Of a stretch of DNA of 64,000 bases, positions 52,138 through 62,469 are shown in pieces. The notes beneath the pieces were generated by a model. It did no database searches. It saw only the letters and a list, made by a program, of their open reading frames with translations, and was not told the origin of the DNA. Position 1 is the stretch's first letter, and each line of letters opens with the position of its first letter. A program made the position numbers and the translations under genes. Where the stretch lies: positions 41,487-105,486 of the forward strand of contig DOMK01000010.1 in assembly GCA_003510435.1 (NCBI GenBank), written 5' to 3'. The stretch comes from Candidatus Magasanikiibacteriota bacterium (GTDB lineage Bacteria; Patescibacteriota; Patescibacteriia; Magasanikbacterales; UBA922).

Positions 52138-52165
52138 TTATACCATAAAAAAACCAGCCTGTCAA
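52138..52165 (-). promoter_or_regulatory. sigma70 promoter of GC-island gene c
   Basis: Minus-sense TTGACA-N17-TATAAA with TGG extended -10. Confidence 0.55.
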
Positions 52166-52195
52166 GAGGACGGTCTGTTTATTGGCTAAAATAAG

Positions 52196-53104
52196 CTAGA
52201 ATTTCATCTCTACTATTCTATCTAATCCAGCTAAATCTTTGTGAATAGTTGTTTTGGCTTGGGGAAGATATTTTTTTATAAGTTGTTTGATGGTTTTGGT
52301 TTGGCGAGGATCTATTTCAATAAAAAGGAGTAAGGAGTAAGGAGTAAGCCTGCCTGCGCAGGCAGGGAGTAATTGACGAATTTGTTTAAAAAGTTTTTCG
52401 TAGAGTTCGTGGCCGTTTTTGCCAGCAACGAGAGCTGATTTTGGTTCGTGCTGAATAGATGATTCAGATTTGAATTGTTGTGGTGTGAGGTAGGGGAGGT
52501 TGGCGGTGATAATGATTGATGAATAATGATTGATGAATGATGAATTAAGAATTGGTGAGAGAAGATCGCCGTGGAGGAATTTTATTTTTACGTTGTGTAA
52601 TTTTGCATTACGGCGAGCGACAGATAATGCTGGTTTGGAAATATCGATAGCGAATGATTTAAAGATTGAATGATTTAAAGATTGAATAATTGAAATTGGT
52701 ATACAACCAGTTCCAGTGCCAACGTCAATCATAATAATCTTCGAATCTTTCAATCTTTCAATTTCGTCGAGCACCAGCGAGACCATCAATTCCGTATCTG
52801 GTCTTGGTATGAGAGTATATTTATTTACAATAAAATCCAAACCATAAAATTCTTTATGACCAGTGAGATAGGCTAGAGGAATACCTTGAACGCGTTTTTT
52901 AATTAATTTATTAATTGTATTTTGTTGTGTGTATGTTGTATTTTGTTCGGGGTGGGCAAGTACAAACTCACGTGGTTTTTTTAACACGTGGGCAATAATT
53001 AATTCTGCATCTAAAATTGGCAGATTATTTTTTTGTGCTAATTGTAGAAGTTGTTGAATAGTTTGGAGCATGGAATTCAAATAAATATAAATCCACATAA
53101 CCAT
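52196..53104 (-). CDS. prmC: release factor glutamine N5-methyltransferase PrmC/HemK
   Basis: DVGTGTGCI SAM motif, NLPY (NPPY-type) motif; start may be the internal MLQTIQQ (53071); contains an in-frame repeat insertion. Confidence 0.8.
   Translation of the reverse strand: MVMWIYIYLNSMLQTIQQLLQLAQKNNLPILDAELIIAHVLKKPREFVLAHPEQNTTYTQQNTINKLIKKRVQGIPLAYLTGHKEFYGLDFIVNKYTLIPRPDTELMVSLVLDEIERLKDSKIIMIDVGTGTGCIPISIIQSLNHSIFKSFAIDISKPALSVARRNAKLHNVKIKFLHGDLLSPILNSSFINHYSSIIITANLPYLTPQQFKSESSIQHEPKSALVAGKNGHELYEKLFKQIRQLLPACAGRLTPYSLLLFIEIDPRQTKTIKQLIKKYLPQAKTTIHKDLAGLDRIVEMKF
52325..52372. repeat. GGAGTAAGG x3 plus GCCTGCCTGCGCAGGCAGG hairpin repeat inside prmC coding sequence
   Basis: The same GCCTGCCTGCGCAGGCAGG unit occurs at 6263-6284; related hairpins at 6196-6212, 24343-24360, 26849-26868, 50037-50066, 62417-62438; AAGGAGTAAGGAATAA copies at 15146-15175, 49885-49915, 62440-62470. 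Confidence 0.7.
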
Positions 53105-54566
53105 TGGCTCTCTGTTTATGTTCTAGAGTCCAGCCATGTTCAACAAAAATTTGGTGCATCCAATCAAAATTATCAGTATATTGGATATAAAAAATTTTGT
53201 CAGCGGTTTTTAAATATTGCTCTAGCCACTTGGTTAGTTCAGGTTTGTCAGTGATTTGTTGATTCCAGTTATAGCGGACAATTCTTTCTTCTAGACTAAA
53301 ATTATCTTCCCGTAAATATATACCAACAATTGGCCGTTGGCCATGATAATATTTTTGTAATGGTAAAACCTCGTTGAATGGTGTAATAATAGTAAAACTA
53401 TTTTTAGTTTCGTTTGTTTCTATATAATTGATTAATTTTGTCCAGGAAAAAATACCAGAATTTGACACGGTGTAAGCCCCAGGAGTAATTAATAATATTA
53501 TAAAGATGATAATGGCATAAAATATTTTTGTGTTTTTAACTGCTCGAGAAACACTATAACCAAGTATAATATACAAAGGAAGAGAAGATATTACATAAAA
53601 TTTGGTGACAAAGACTCCTATGATTGATCCGGAAAAAATAAGTAAAAAAGCCCAAAGCTGTAAAAAAATTAAAAGCCTTTTTTGTTTAAGATCTGTTTCG
53701 TTTTTGGTTTTTAAAATTGTAAAAACAATTGCGCCAATTAAAATTATTCCAAAAGTAGTAAAGACAAAAGGTGTTAAGTCTTCATTCATGAAAATACTTA
53801 CCAATAAGGTGAGAACATTGGCATAGGCCGTAGTGACTGGCCTAAAATACCAAGCACTAAGACTATTTTGGTTTAATTTTGAGAGTAGAGAGGGGACAAA
53901 CCAAATTAACCAGCTGGCACCAATTAAAACATGACCAAAAAACCAATATCTAAATTCTTTTTTTTCTACATTTAATAAAAATAATGATAAAAATTGCGTT
54001 ACAAAGATGGACAGAGCGGTGAGATGAGAATAGATTAGGAGTAAATTTATAAAAAAGTAAATTAACCAAACACTAAGTTTATTTTTTCCATTAAAAAAGA
54101 TTTGATAAAATAAGAAATAAGATAGAAGCGTTAAGAAAATCATTAAACTATAGACCCTAGCTTCACTGTTTATAAAAATGTGCACTCCAGAGAGAGTAAG
54201 AGTCAAACTACTTATAATGGCAGCTTTTTTATTAATTATTTTATAAGTAAAGTAATACAAGAGGACGATTGTGGCAAGACCTAAAATAGTAGACGGTAAT
54301 CTAATTAAAAGTTCATTATTAATTCCCACGATTGATGTCCAACCGCGTAAAAATAAAGTATAGAGTGGTGGATTGGTTTCTAGGGTCCAGTATTTTATGG
54401 CATCAGCCCAGGGTAAATTGGCAAAGTGGACACTAAACATTTCATCAAACCAAAAAGTGTCTCTAAGTAGTAAAAGATGAAGACGAAGAAATGAGGCAAA
54501 AATAAAAATTAGGTATAGAGGTAACCACTCTTTTAAATGAGTAATAATTTTATTCTGCTTCAGCAT
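53025..54566 (-). CDS. GT-C family glycosyltransferase (ArnT/PMT-like)
   Basis: 513 aa, ~12 TM; first-loop FDEMFS DE-type motif. Confidence 0.5.
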   Translation of the reverse strand: MLKQNKIITHLKEWLPLYLIFIFASFLRLHLLLLRDTFWFDEMFSVHFANLPWADAIKYWTLETNPPLYTLFLRGWTSIVGINNELLIRLPSTILGLATIVLLYYFTYKIINKKAAIISSLTLTLSGVHIFINSEARVYSLMIFLTLLSYFLFYQIFFNGKNKLSVWLIYFFINLLLIYSHLTALSIFVTQFLSLFLLNVEKKEFRYWFFGHVLIGASWLIWFVPSLLSKLNQNSLSAWYFRPVTTAYANVLTLLVSIFMNEDLTPFVFTTFGIILIGAIVFTILKTKNETDLKQKRLLIFLQLWAFLLIFSGSIIGVFVTKFYVISSLPLYIILGYSVSRAVKNTKIFYAIIIFIILLITPGAYTVSNSGIFSWTKLINYIETNETKNSFTIITPFNEVLPLQKYYHGQRPIVGIYLREDNFSLEERIVRYNWNQQITDKPELTKWLEQYLKTADKIFYIQYTDNFDWMHQIFVEHGWTLEHKQRANGYVDLYLFEFHAPNYSTTSTISTKK

Positions 54567-55605
54567 AATCTGCTTTTCTTAGAGCTTCAATTACATTTTC
54601 CAAATTGCCGTTTAAAATCGTATTGATATTATTCCAACTTTCATGAATGCGGTGGTCAGTAATTCTGTCTTGAGGAAAGTTGTATGTGCGGATTTTTTCA
54701 CTGCGATCAGCCGTACCAATTTGTTTTTTTCTTTTGGCATCAAGTGCGGCGGTTTGTTTGGCTCTTTCAATTTCATAAATTCTGGCTCTAAGAACATTCA
54801 TAGCTTTTTCTCGGTTTTGAATTTGGGATCTTTCATCTTGGGATTGAGCCACTACCCCAGTCGGGATATGAGTAATTCTCACCGCGCTATAAGTAGTGTT
54901 TACACTCTGGCCACCATGTCCGCCAGCACAAAAAGTATCAATTCTAAGATCATTGGCATTGATTTCCAATTCAGTCTCTTCAATTTCTGGTAAGACAGCT
55001 ACACTGGCAGTAGAAGTATGAATGCGACCAGATTTTTCTGTTTCGGGAATTCTCTGTACACGGTGCACGCCCATTTCATATTTCATATCTTTGTACACAT
55101 TTTTTCCGGTAATAGAAAAGATTACTTCTTTGTAGCCACCAATGCCAATTTTATTTTCATCAATTAGCGTGGTTTTCCATTTGTGGGTTTCGGCATACTT
55201 CATATACATGCGCATGAGATCACCAGCAAACAGAGCTGATTCATCACCACCAGCTCCAGCCCGGATTTCCACAATTACATCTTTACCATCGAGTGGGTCG
55301 GTTGGTAATGTTAAAACATTTAATTCGTTTTCTAATTCATTTTTTTTATCGCGCAGTTCTAATAATTCAATTTCTGCTAGTTCTTTGAATTCGCCATCAG
55401 CTTCGTTTGTAATAATAATTTCATTGTCTGTAATATTTTTTTCAATACTTTCTAGAATAATAATTTTTTCAGCCGTGGGTTTGAGATCGTCATATTCCTG
55501 AGCCGCGGCTTTTAATTTATTTTGGTCAGCAATAATTACTGGATTTTGTAGGTCCAATTCTAATTTGGAATATTTATTTTTAATATCTATATATTTTTGA
55601 AGCAT
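54550..55605 (-). CDS. prfA: peptide chain release factor 1
   Basis: GGQ motif ([12 protein letters not shown]), RITHIPTG. Confidence 0.9.
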   Translation of the reverse strand: MLQKYIDIKNKYSKLELDLQNPVIIADQNKLKAAAQEYDDLKPTAEKIIILESIEKNITDNEIIITNEADGEFKELAEIELLELRDKKNELENELNVLTLPTDPLDGKDVIVEIRAGAGGDESALFAGDLMRMYMKYAETHKWKTTLIDENKIGIGGYKEVIFSITGKNVYKDMKYEMGVHRVQRIPETEKSGRIHTSTASVAVLPEIEETELEINANDLRIDTFCAGGHGGQSVNTTYSAVRITHIPTGVVAQSQDERSQIQNREKAMNVLRARIYEIERAKQTAALDAKRKKQIGTADRSEKIRTYNFPQDRITDHRIHESWNNINTILNGNLENVIEALRKADYAEAE

Positions 55606-55748
55606 AATTTTTCACGTATCATGAGACACATATCACGTAACAATTATTATACCACGTTTTTTGATATGTGGTATGTGATGTGTGTGGGTTAATTTATTTA
55701 AAATAAAAGACAGACTATAATCAAGTCTGCCTTTGAAATTGTGGACAG

Positions 55749-56030
55749 CTATTTTGCTTCTTCCTTGGCTTTTTTAGCTTTGGATTCTTTTTTAGCTTTT
55801 TTTCCTTTGCGGACAGCAGCCGTAGCGCTGACTTTTTCCATTTTCTTTTTAAATTTGTCTACTCGACCAGCCGTGTCAATAAATTTGGCCTTGCCAGTAT
55901 AAAAAGGATGGCAATTGCTACAAAGCTCTACCCGGATTTCGTTGTCAGTAGAACCAACTTGAAAAGTGTTACCACAAGCACAGCTTACAGTAGCAGTTTC
56001 ATTGTATTTTGGATGAATACTTTTTTTCAT
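55749..56030 (-). CDS. rpmE: 50S ribosomal protein L31 with Lys-rich C-terminal tail
   Basis: MKKSIHPKY...CxCG...[11 protein letters not shown]. Confidence 0.8.
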   Translation of the reverse strand: MKKSIHPKYNETATVSCACGNTFQVGSTDNEIRVELCSNCHPFYTGKAKFIDTAGRVDKFKKKMEKVSATAAVRKGKKAKKESKAKKAKEEAK

Positions 56031-56145
56031 ATGATTTTTAGTTTAAGTGGGATGATTATAGCATGGTGGTGGATTTGTGTCAACCCCCTTGATTTATTTT
56101 CTGGTTTATAGTATAATCTTCTTATCTTAAATATAACCTTATACT

Positions 56146-56364
56146 ATGTTAAGTAAAATTTTGGACATTGCTCAGGTAGTTTTAGCCATTTTATTGATTA
56201 TTGCTATCCTTTTACAACAGCGTGGTTCTGGCTTAGGATCAGCTTTTGGTGGTTCTTCCAATGTTTATAGTACTAAACGGGGCGTGGATAAAATCCTATT
56301 TAATGCAACCATTGTAATCTTGGTTGTCTTTTTCCTTGTCTCTTTGGCCAATTTATTGGTATAA
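56146..56364 (+). CDS. secG: preprotein translocase subunit SecG
   Basis: Two TM helices flanking a Gly-rich LLQQRGSGLGSAFGGSS loop. Confidence 0.65.
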   Translation: MLSKILDIAQVVLAILLIIAILLQQRGSGLGSAFGGSSNVYSTKRGVDKILFNATIVILVVFFLVSLANLLV

Positions 56365-56429
56365 TAGCCAATAGTCTATTCTTCTATTACTTATTTCAGG
56401 CTTCTCTAAGAGAGTAGGGATTTTCTTCT

Positions 56430-58445
56430 ATGTTAAGTTTTGTAAAAAAAATTAGTAAATTTATTCAACGTCTGCGAATAAAACAAGTTGATTCTTTTGT
56501 TAGTAAAAAGCATGATTTGAAATTGATGCGTCGGGTCCATCAGAAAAAACTCCCTCATGTTAAGCAATTGTTTCATGTGGGTCATGTTTTATCTTCAAGA
56601 GAACGGCGGATTTTTAGACTTAGTTTTTTGGTTTTATTTATTGGACTGATTTGGTATGGAGTAGAATTTGTAGCCAATAATCGCATACCAGTGCCAGCTA
56701 GGGGTGGTAAATATGTAGAAGCCGTCGTGGGTTCACCCCAATTGATCAATCCAGTGTTTGCTAGTTCCAATGATGTAGATATGGATATTACTCGTTTGGT
56801 GTTTTCTGGTTTGCTTCGCTACAATGAAAAAAATGGTTTGATAAAAGACTTGGCGGCTAGTTATGAAGTAAGTGTTGATAAAAAAGTTTATACATTTGAA
56901 CTTAGAAAAGATGTAATATGGCATGATGGCGAACCATTGACCGCGCGTGATATTTTATTTACTTTTGATACAATCCAAAACATTTTGGTTGGCAGTCCTT
57001 TGGCTGTTAGTTTTCAAGGAGTAAAAGTTTCGGCCTTGGATGATTATACAGTGCGATTTGAATTAGCCGAGCCATTTGCGCCGTTTTTATCCAGCTTGAC
57101 TGTGGGAATTTTGCCAGAGCATGTTTGGTACAATGTGGCTCCCGAACAAATGCGTTTGGCCCAAATGAATATTGAACCGGTTGGCTCTGGACCTTTCCAA
57201 TTCAAAAGATTATCAAAAGATGGCACTGGACATATTTTTACTTATGAATTAAGCCGGTTTGAAAAATTTTATAGTGAAGTAGCTTTTTTGCAAGATTTTG
57301 TTTTTCAATTTTATCCTGAATATGAAAATGATACTGGGGCAGTGCAAGCTCTAAGAGCGCAAAAAGTGACTGGTCTAAATTTTGTGCCAAAAAATTTGCG
57401 CGACCGAGTGGACAGAAAGCATATTGTTTTACATACTATGCAATTGCCACAATATTCGGCTTTATTTTTTAATCAAAGTCGGAATGAAATTTTGAAAAAT
57501 GCAGAAGTGCGCGAAGCTCTAACTTATGCCATTGATAAAGATAGAGTATTGCGTGAAGCTGTGAAAGGCGAGGGAAAAGTTATAAACAGTCCGGTTTTAC
57601 CTGGTTTTCCTGGTTATAATGTTGATTTGGAAAAAATACAATTTTCTCTTGATAAAGCCAATGAAGTGTTGGATAAAAATTGGCCAAGAATCTCGGGTGA
57701 TGAATATAAAAAATTAAGAAGAGAAAATCTAATAAAAGAATGGGAAACAGGTAATCCAGAACTTGCTAAAGTCACCAGTACCCCAGCCAATACCGCAACT
57801 GGCACAGAAAATAATTTGGCAAATTCTACTTCTACCCCCAGATCATTGGCAGAAGTCGAGATTGATAAAAAATTAGATGAAGAATTTAATAATGCCCAAA
57901 CTTTTTATCGCAAAGACAAGAGTGGAAAAATTTTAGTTTTGGATTTGGTGACATCGGATAATGAAGAGAGCAAATGGGCCGCTGAATTGGTTGCTGGTTT
58001 TTGGCAAGAGATTGGGGTAAAAACAAATTTAAAATTTGTTGCACCTCGAGATATTTTACGTGATGTTCTCAAGAATCATGAATACGATGTATTGCTTTAT
58101 GGTGTAATTATCGGTAATGACCCAGACCAGTATGCTTTTTGGCATTCTAGCCAAATTGATTATCCAGGTTTGAATTTGTCTCGCTATGTAAATAGAAATG
58201 CCGATGCTCTACTTACCAAAATTAGAGAAACAACTGATGAGACTCAACTAGCTGATTTGTACAAAAAAATGCAAGAAACGATTTTGGCTGATCGACCAGC
58301 TATCTTCCTTTATATCCCAACTTATACTTATGCCACCACTGACCAAATAAAAGGGGTTGACGTGACTAATATTTCTCATCCTTCGGATCGATTGAATGAT
58401 GTGAATACTTGGTACATGAAAACAAAAGGGGAATGGAAATGGTAG
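56430..58445 (+). CDS. ABC transporter substrate-binding protein, family 5 (peptide/nickel type)
   Basis: N-terminal TM anchor; SBP_bac_5 core (LVFSGLLRY..LAASYEVS.DKKVYTFELRKDVIWHDGEPLTARDI). Confidence 0.65.
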   Translation: MLSFVKKISKFIQRLRIKQVDSFVSKKHDLKLMRRVHQKKLPHVKQLFHVGHVLSSRERRIFRLSFLVLFIGLIWYGVEFVANNRIPVPARGGKYVEAVVGSPQLINPVFASSNDVDMDITRLVFSGLLRYNEKNGLIKDLAASYEVSVDKKVYTFELRKDVIWHDGEPLTARDILFTFDTIQNILVGSPLAVSFQGVKVSALDDYTVRFELAEPFAPFLSSLTVGILPEHVWYNVAPEQMRLAQMNIEPVGSGPFQFKRLSKDGTGHIFTYELSRFEKFYSEVAFLQDFVFQFYPEYENDTGAVQALRAQKVTGLNFVPKNLRDRVDRKHIVLHTMQLPQYSALFFNQSRNEILKNAEVREALTYAIDKDRVLREAVKGEGKVINSPVLPGFPGYNVDLEKIQFSLDKANEVLDKNWPRISGDEYKKLRRENLIKEWETGNPELAKVTSTPANTATGTENNLANSTSTPRSLAEVEIDKKLDEEFNNAQTFYRKDKSGKILVLDLVTSDNEESKWAAELVAGFWQEIGVKTNLKFVAPRDILRDVLKNHEYDVLLYGVIIGNDPDQYAFWHSSQIDYPGLNLSRYVNRNADALLTKIRETTDETQLADLYKKMQETILADRPAIFLYIPTYTYATTDQIKGVDVTNISHPSDRLNDVNTWYMKTKGEWKW

Positions 58446-58565
58446 ACAACAAACACAAAAACAGCACAACAGAACAACACTTGGACAACCATCGTTTTTG
58501 TTTTTATTATTTTAAGTTTAAAAGATGTGTTGTGCTGTTGTTCTGTTAGAGTGTTTATAGTAAAC

Positions 58566-58649
58566 GCCCAGATGGCGAAATTGGCAGACGCACTAGCTTC
58601 AGGTGCTAGCGGGAGCAATCTCATGAGGGTTCAAGTCCCTCTCTGGGCA
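58566..58649 (+). tRNA. tRNA-Leu (anticodon CAG)
   Basis: Acceptor GCCCAGA/TCTGGGC; anticodon stem CTAGC/GCTAG with loop TTCAGGT; long variable arm; T-arm AGGGTTCAAGTCCCT; 3' CCA not encoded. Confidence 0.85.
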
Positions 58650-58741
58650 CAAATTTATTCTTCATTTTAAACTTTAACTTTTGATCAAACCCAGCTTCAT
58701 TATAGGCATTTGATCATCGGAGAATTTACAATTTTAATTTT

Positions 58742-60577
58742 ATGGAAGCAACAGTAAAAAGTAATAACAACCGTAGGCGACGGAGTTATCACACAAAAAG
58801 ATCATCTTCGCCTGTCGGCAGAAACAGCGGACGTGTTTTTGCGGCTCAGCCAGTTAACAAAAATCAGTCTGATAAAACGGAAACTAAGAGTTATCCTTTT
58901 AATCCCAATGGCAATGAAAAATTGCGTATTATTCCCTTGGGTGGACAAGAAGAAGTTGGGCGCAATATGACTGTGTTTGAATATGCGGGCGATATTGTCA
59001 TTCTTGACATGGGGATTCAATTTCCTGAAGAAGACATGCCTGGGATTGATTATATTATTCCCAATACCAAATATTTAATTGGTAAAGAAAAAAATATCAA
59101 AGGCGTAATTTTTAGTCATGGTCACCTTGATCACATTGGTGCCGCGCCAATCTTACTAGAAAAATTGGGCAACCCAGTGATTGCGGGACGAGATCTGACT
59201 TTGGCCATGATCAAACACAAAATGGAAGATTATAAAAAAGGTTCAGCTAGCACTTTGAAAATTGTGCAAATAAAAGGTATTCATGATGTGATCAGAATGG
59301 GCCGATTTACGATTAAGTTTTTTCAAGTGGAACACTCAATCATGGATGCCGTGGGCGTGATTATTGAAACGCCATCGGGAACAGTTGTCCACCCGGGTGA
59401 TTGGGCTTTGGAAAGAGACAAATCTGGTCGACCAACTTTGGATTATTCTCATTTGCAAAATTTGAAAAAGCCGACTGTCCTTATGCTCGAAAGTTTGGGT
59501 TCAATTCATTTTCAACGCAGTGGTAATTATGAAGACATGCACAATAATTTGTTTAATATTTTGCAAGGTGCTGCCGGTCGGGTAATTATTGGCACTTTTT
59601 CTTCACAAATTGAAAGAATAAAGTGGATTTTGGAAGCAGCGGACAAGCTTGGCAAAAAAGTCGCTCTTGACGGCTATAGCATGAAAATGAATATTGATTT
59701 GGCAAAAGAATTGGGTTATATCAAAGTTAAAAAAGGTTTGTTAATTGAATCGAGAAAGATTGATAATTACCCTGATAATGAAATCGTGGTTATTTGTACA
59801 GGAGCGCAAGGAGAAGAGAATGCCGTTCTCACGAGAATTGTTAATCGTGAACATCGGTCAATAAAACTAAAAAAACAAGACACAGTAATTTTTTCTTCCT
59901 CAATTATCCCGGGCAATGAACGATCAATTCAACGTTTAAAAGACAATATGTATCGCCAATGTGATAATGTGATTCATGGTGAACTAATGGATGTACACGT
60001 GTCTGGCCATGCGACGAGAGACGACATTGTTGAAATGATTCGCATGATTCGGCCGACATATTTTATGCCAGTGTATGGCAATCATTATTTCCTCAAAGAA
60101 GCGGAAAAATTAGTGATTCAAAATGGTTTTGATAAAAATAAAATTTTTGTGGCAGACAATGGCAGTGTGATAGAGATTAATATCAAAGAAGGAAAGATAT
60201 TAGAAAAAAAAGTACCAAGTGATTATGTGTTTGTGGATGGTCTGGGGATTTCTGATAGCCAACATATAGTCTTGCGTGATCGCCAAGTTTTGGCCGAGGA
60301 TGGTATGGTGGTCGTGATTGTGACAGTAGATTCTCACACGGGAAAATTAATTCAAAATCCAGATATTATTTCTCGCGGGTTTGTATTTTTGAAAGATAAT
60401 AAGGAATTGATAGAAGATCTACGTCACAAAGTACGTAAGTGGGTGACAGATTCCAATCCATTATCTTGGGTTGATTCTAATGAAATTAGAAATACAGTGC
60501 GAGATAAGGTGGGGCAGTTTTTGTTTACGAAGACGGAGAAGAGACCGATGGTGTTGCCAGTGGTGATTGAAGTGTAG
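58742..60577 (+). CDS. rnj: ribonuclease J with basic N-terminal extension
   Basis: Metallo-beta-lactamase motif FSHGHLDHIGA; beta-CASP and C-terminal domain; 611 aa. Confidence 0.85.
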   Translation: MEATVKSNNNRRRRSYHTKRSSSPVGRNSGRVFAAQPVNKNQSDKTETKSYPFNPNGNEKLRIIPLGGQEEVGRNMTVFEYAGDIVILDMGIQFPEEDMPGIDYIIPNTKYLIGKEKNIKGVIFSHGHLDHIGAAPILLEKLGNPVIAGRDLTLAMIKHKMEDYKKGSASTLKIVQIKGIHDVIRMGRFTIKFFQVEHSIMDAVGVIIETPSGTVVHPGDWALERDKSGRPTLDYSHLQNLKKPTVLMLESLGSIHFQRSGNYEDMHNNLFNILQGAAGRVIIGTFSSQIERIKWILEAADKLGKKVALDGYSMKMNIDLAKELGYIKVKKGLLIESRKIDNYPDNEIVVICTGAQGEENAVLTRIVNREHRSIKLKKQDTVIFSSSIIPGNERSIQRLKDNMYRQCDNVIHGELMDVHVSGHATRDDIVEMIRMIRPTYFMPVYGNHYFLKEAEKLVIQNGFDKNKIFVADNGSVIEINIKEGKILEKKVPSDYVFVDGLGISDSQHIVLRDRQVLAEDGMVVVIVTVDSHTGKLIQNPDIISRGFVFLKDNKELIEDLRHKVRKWVTDSNPLSWVDSNEIRNTVRDKVGQFLFTKTEKRPMVLPVVIEV

Positions 60578-60677
60578 TTAGGTTTTAGGTGATAGATTTT
60601 AGGTTAAAAAAAAGAAGAGACACTCTTGTTATAGGTGCCTCTTTTGTTTTATACAAGCAGTATCAAACCAATAAAGG

Positions 60678-61682
60678 TTATGGCAAGTTCATTGGGATTG
60701 TGTCCCCATATTTAGGAGAAGCTTTGTTTAATAATTTTTGAAAATCATTCCAAGAACTGCATGCTTTCATTAGAAAAATTATATTATCAAGATGTTTTTT
60801 TAATTCTGGACTACCAAATTTAGGTGTTAGATACTGGTGATGTTTTCTTGCCCTTCGGCCTGATGGTAACACAATATTTATTTCTTTAAGTTTTTTAAGT
60901 ACGCCAGGTGCTAGACGTCTATATACTATATCATTTGTCCAATGCCCTATGTAACTAGGTTTATTCTTTGTGGCAAGTGGATAAGTCATTCCTTTTAATC
61001 TAAATAAATGTTTATAGAAATCGTCAGGAAAAGTTTTTGTCCATTTAGCCCACTCATCAGTGATATACTTTTCTAAGATTGCTTGTAAAGCTTCACGATC
61101 GCGTATATCTTGATAGCCTGTTGCTTCGTCTACCAATGCAATAATACCTACTCGAGCAAAACCGCGAACCAAAATTTCTGCTTTTTTTGCAATTTCTAAA
61201 TCTTTTTCATTATTTAAAACTTTAGCTTCGCGTGCCTTTAACCAAACGTCACAGATTTCTGGCAACAGTGTTGCTGGTACTCCATATGCTGTACGTCCAC
61301 CGTGAAGCGGTTTAAATTCAATTGGAGAAAAACCTTCTGTAGACATTTTTGATGGAATATAAGGTTTTAATGTTTTTTTAGATAAAAAAGGTGGTAAATT
61401 AGAGGTACTGTCGGAATTCCATTTTTGACTCTTTCCAAGAGCTTTGCTAACCCCACGATATGATAACACACGAGTTCCGTCTTCAAGTACTGAAGCTTCA
61501 ATAGTTAATTCACCAATATTTATTGAACCATCATGTGTGGCACGAAGAATTTTTTTCCATCGCACATTAGCTGCATCTTGTGCAATTTGTTTTCTTTTTT
61601 GTGGAGTTAATATTTGTGCTCTAGCATAACCACCCTGTGCTTTGTTTTCGTCGTATTCTTGTTTTTTTTCCTTTGTACTCAT
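60678..61682 (-). CDS. P63C domain protein (phage-derived)
   Basis: GFARVGIIALVDEATGYQDIRDREALQAILEKY ... FPDDFY core typical of P63C. Confidence 0.6.
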   Translation of the reverse strand: MSTKEKKQEYDENKAQGGYARAQILTPQKRKQIAQDAANVRWKKILRATHDGSINIGELTIEASVLEDGTRVLSYRGVSKALGKSQKWNSDSTSNLPPFLSKKTLKPYIPSKMSTEGFSPIEFKPLHGGRTAYGVPATLLPEICDVWLKAREAKVLNNEKDLEIAKKAEILVRGFARVGIIALVDEATGYQDIRDREALQAILEKYITDEWAKWTKTFPDDFYKHLFRLKGMTYPLATKNKPSYIGHWTNDIVYRRLAPGVLKKLKEINIVLPSGRRARKHHQYLTPKFGSPELKKHLDNIIFLMKACSSWNDFQKLLNKASPKYGDTIPMNLP

Positions 61683-61702
61683 ATTATTATAATTTAAACA
61701 TT

Positions 61703-61728
61703 ATGCTTGCATAATATCATGCAAGCAT
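61703..61728. promoter_or_regulatory. palindromic operator candidate overlapping P63C promoter
   Basis: Perfect ATGCTTGCAT-aatatc-ATGCAAGCAT inverted repeat inside the spacer of a minus-sense TTGACA-N16/17 promoter. Confidence 0.45.
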
Positions 61729-61783
61729 GTTATTTGTCAAGTTTTTTTGGCTATATTTTTTTAAACTTATCCACACCCACTAT

Positions 61784-61824
61784 TTGACACTTTATCCAAC
61801 ATAGTGTACTATTGTACTAGTACA
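61784..61824 (+). promoter_or_regulatory. promoter plus TrpR-type operator (GTACTAGTAC) of the TrpR-like gene
   Basis: TTGACA-N17-TACTAT, then TGTACTAttgTACTAGTACA; GTACTAGTAC is a perfect palindrome that matches the E. coli trp operator half-site. Confidence 0.5.
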
Positions 61825-61826
61825 AT

Positions 61827-62111
61827 ATGAATAAATTAGACACTTACAAAAAAGAACTAGTCAAAGTTCTAGCTAGTATAAAGGACGAGGCGACCATGAA
61901 TGATTTTTTGGTTGATTTATTGACTGGGGCGGAGATAGAGGAATTACCAAAACGGTTGCAAATTATAAAACAACTAGACAAAGGTGTGTCACAAAGAGAA
62001 GTGGCGAAGAATCTGGGAGTAGGGATTGCGACCGTCACTCGTGGCGCCAAAGAATTAAAAAATAAAAAAGGGGGATTCAGAAAGGTTCTAGATATAATGT
62101 TTGGAAGATAA
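61827..62111 (+). CDS. TrpR/YerC/YecD-family DNA-binding protein
   Basis: LLTGAEIEELPKRLQIIKQLDKGVSQREVAKNLGVGIATVTRG matches the Trp-repressor-like HTH family. Confidence 0.6.
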   Translation: MNKLDTYKKELVKVLASIKDEATMNDFLVDLLTGAEIEELPKRLQIIKQLDKGVSQREVAKNLGVGIATVTRGAKELKNKKGGFRKVLDIMFGR

Positions 62112-62469
62112 CGTTTTTATCATTATAAAAGATAAAAATAATATAAATTGTTTAAAAATTACAAATTAAAAAATCCAAATTACAAATAAATTACAAAAAA
62201 CAAAACAAAAAAATAAAATTGTAATTTGGAATTTGAGTTTTGTTTGTCATTTGGTATTTAGATTTTGGAATTTTAATTCTATGTTATTAAATAAAACAAT
62301 TTTAAAAAATCGTTGGTGGCACTACTCCTGGCGTTGAGTAGTAGTTTTGTTTACCCTGAGTGAACCGAAGGGTTTACCCATTACATACTGCTCGACCTGG
62401 GCAGTTTTTTTTACTCCCCGCCTGTGCAGACAGGTTTACTCCTTACTCCTTATTCTTTATTCCTTATTT

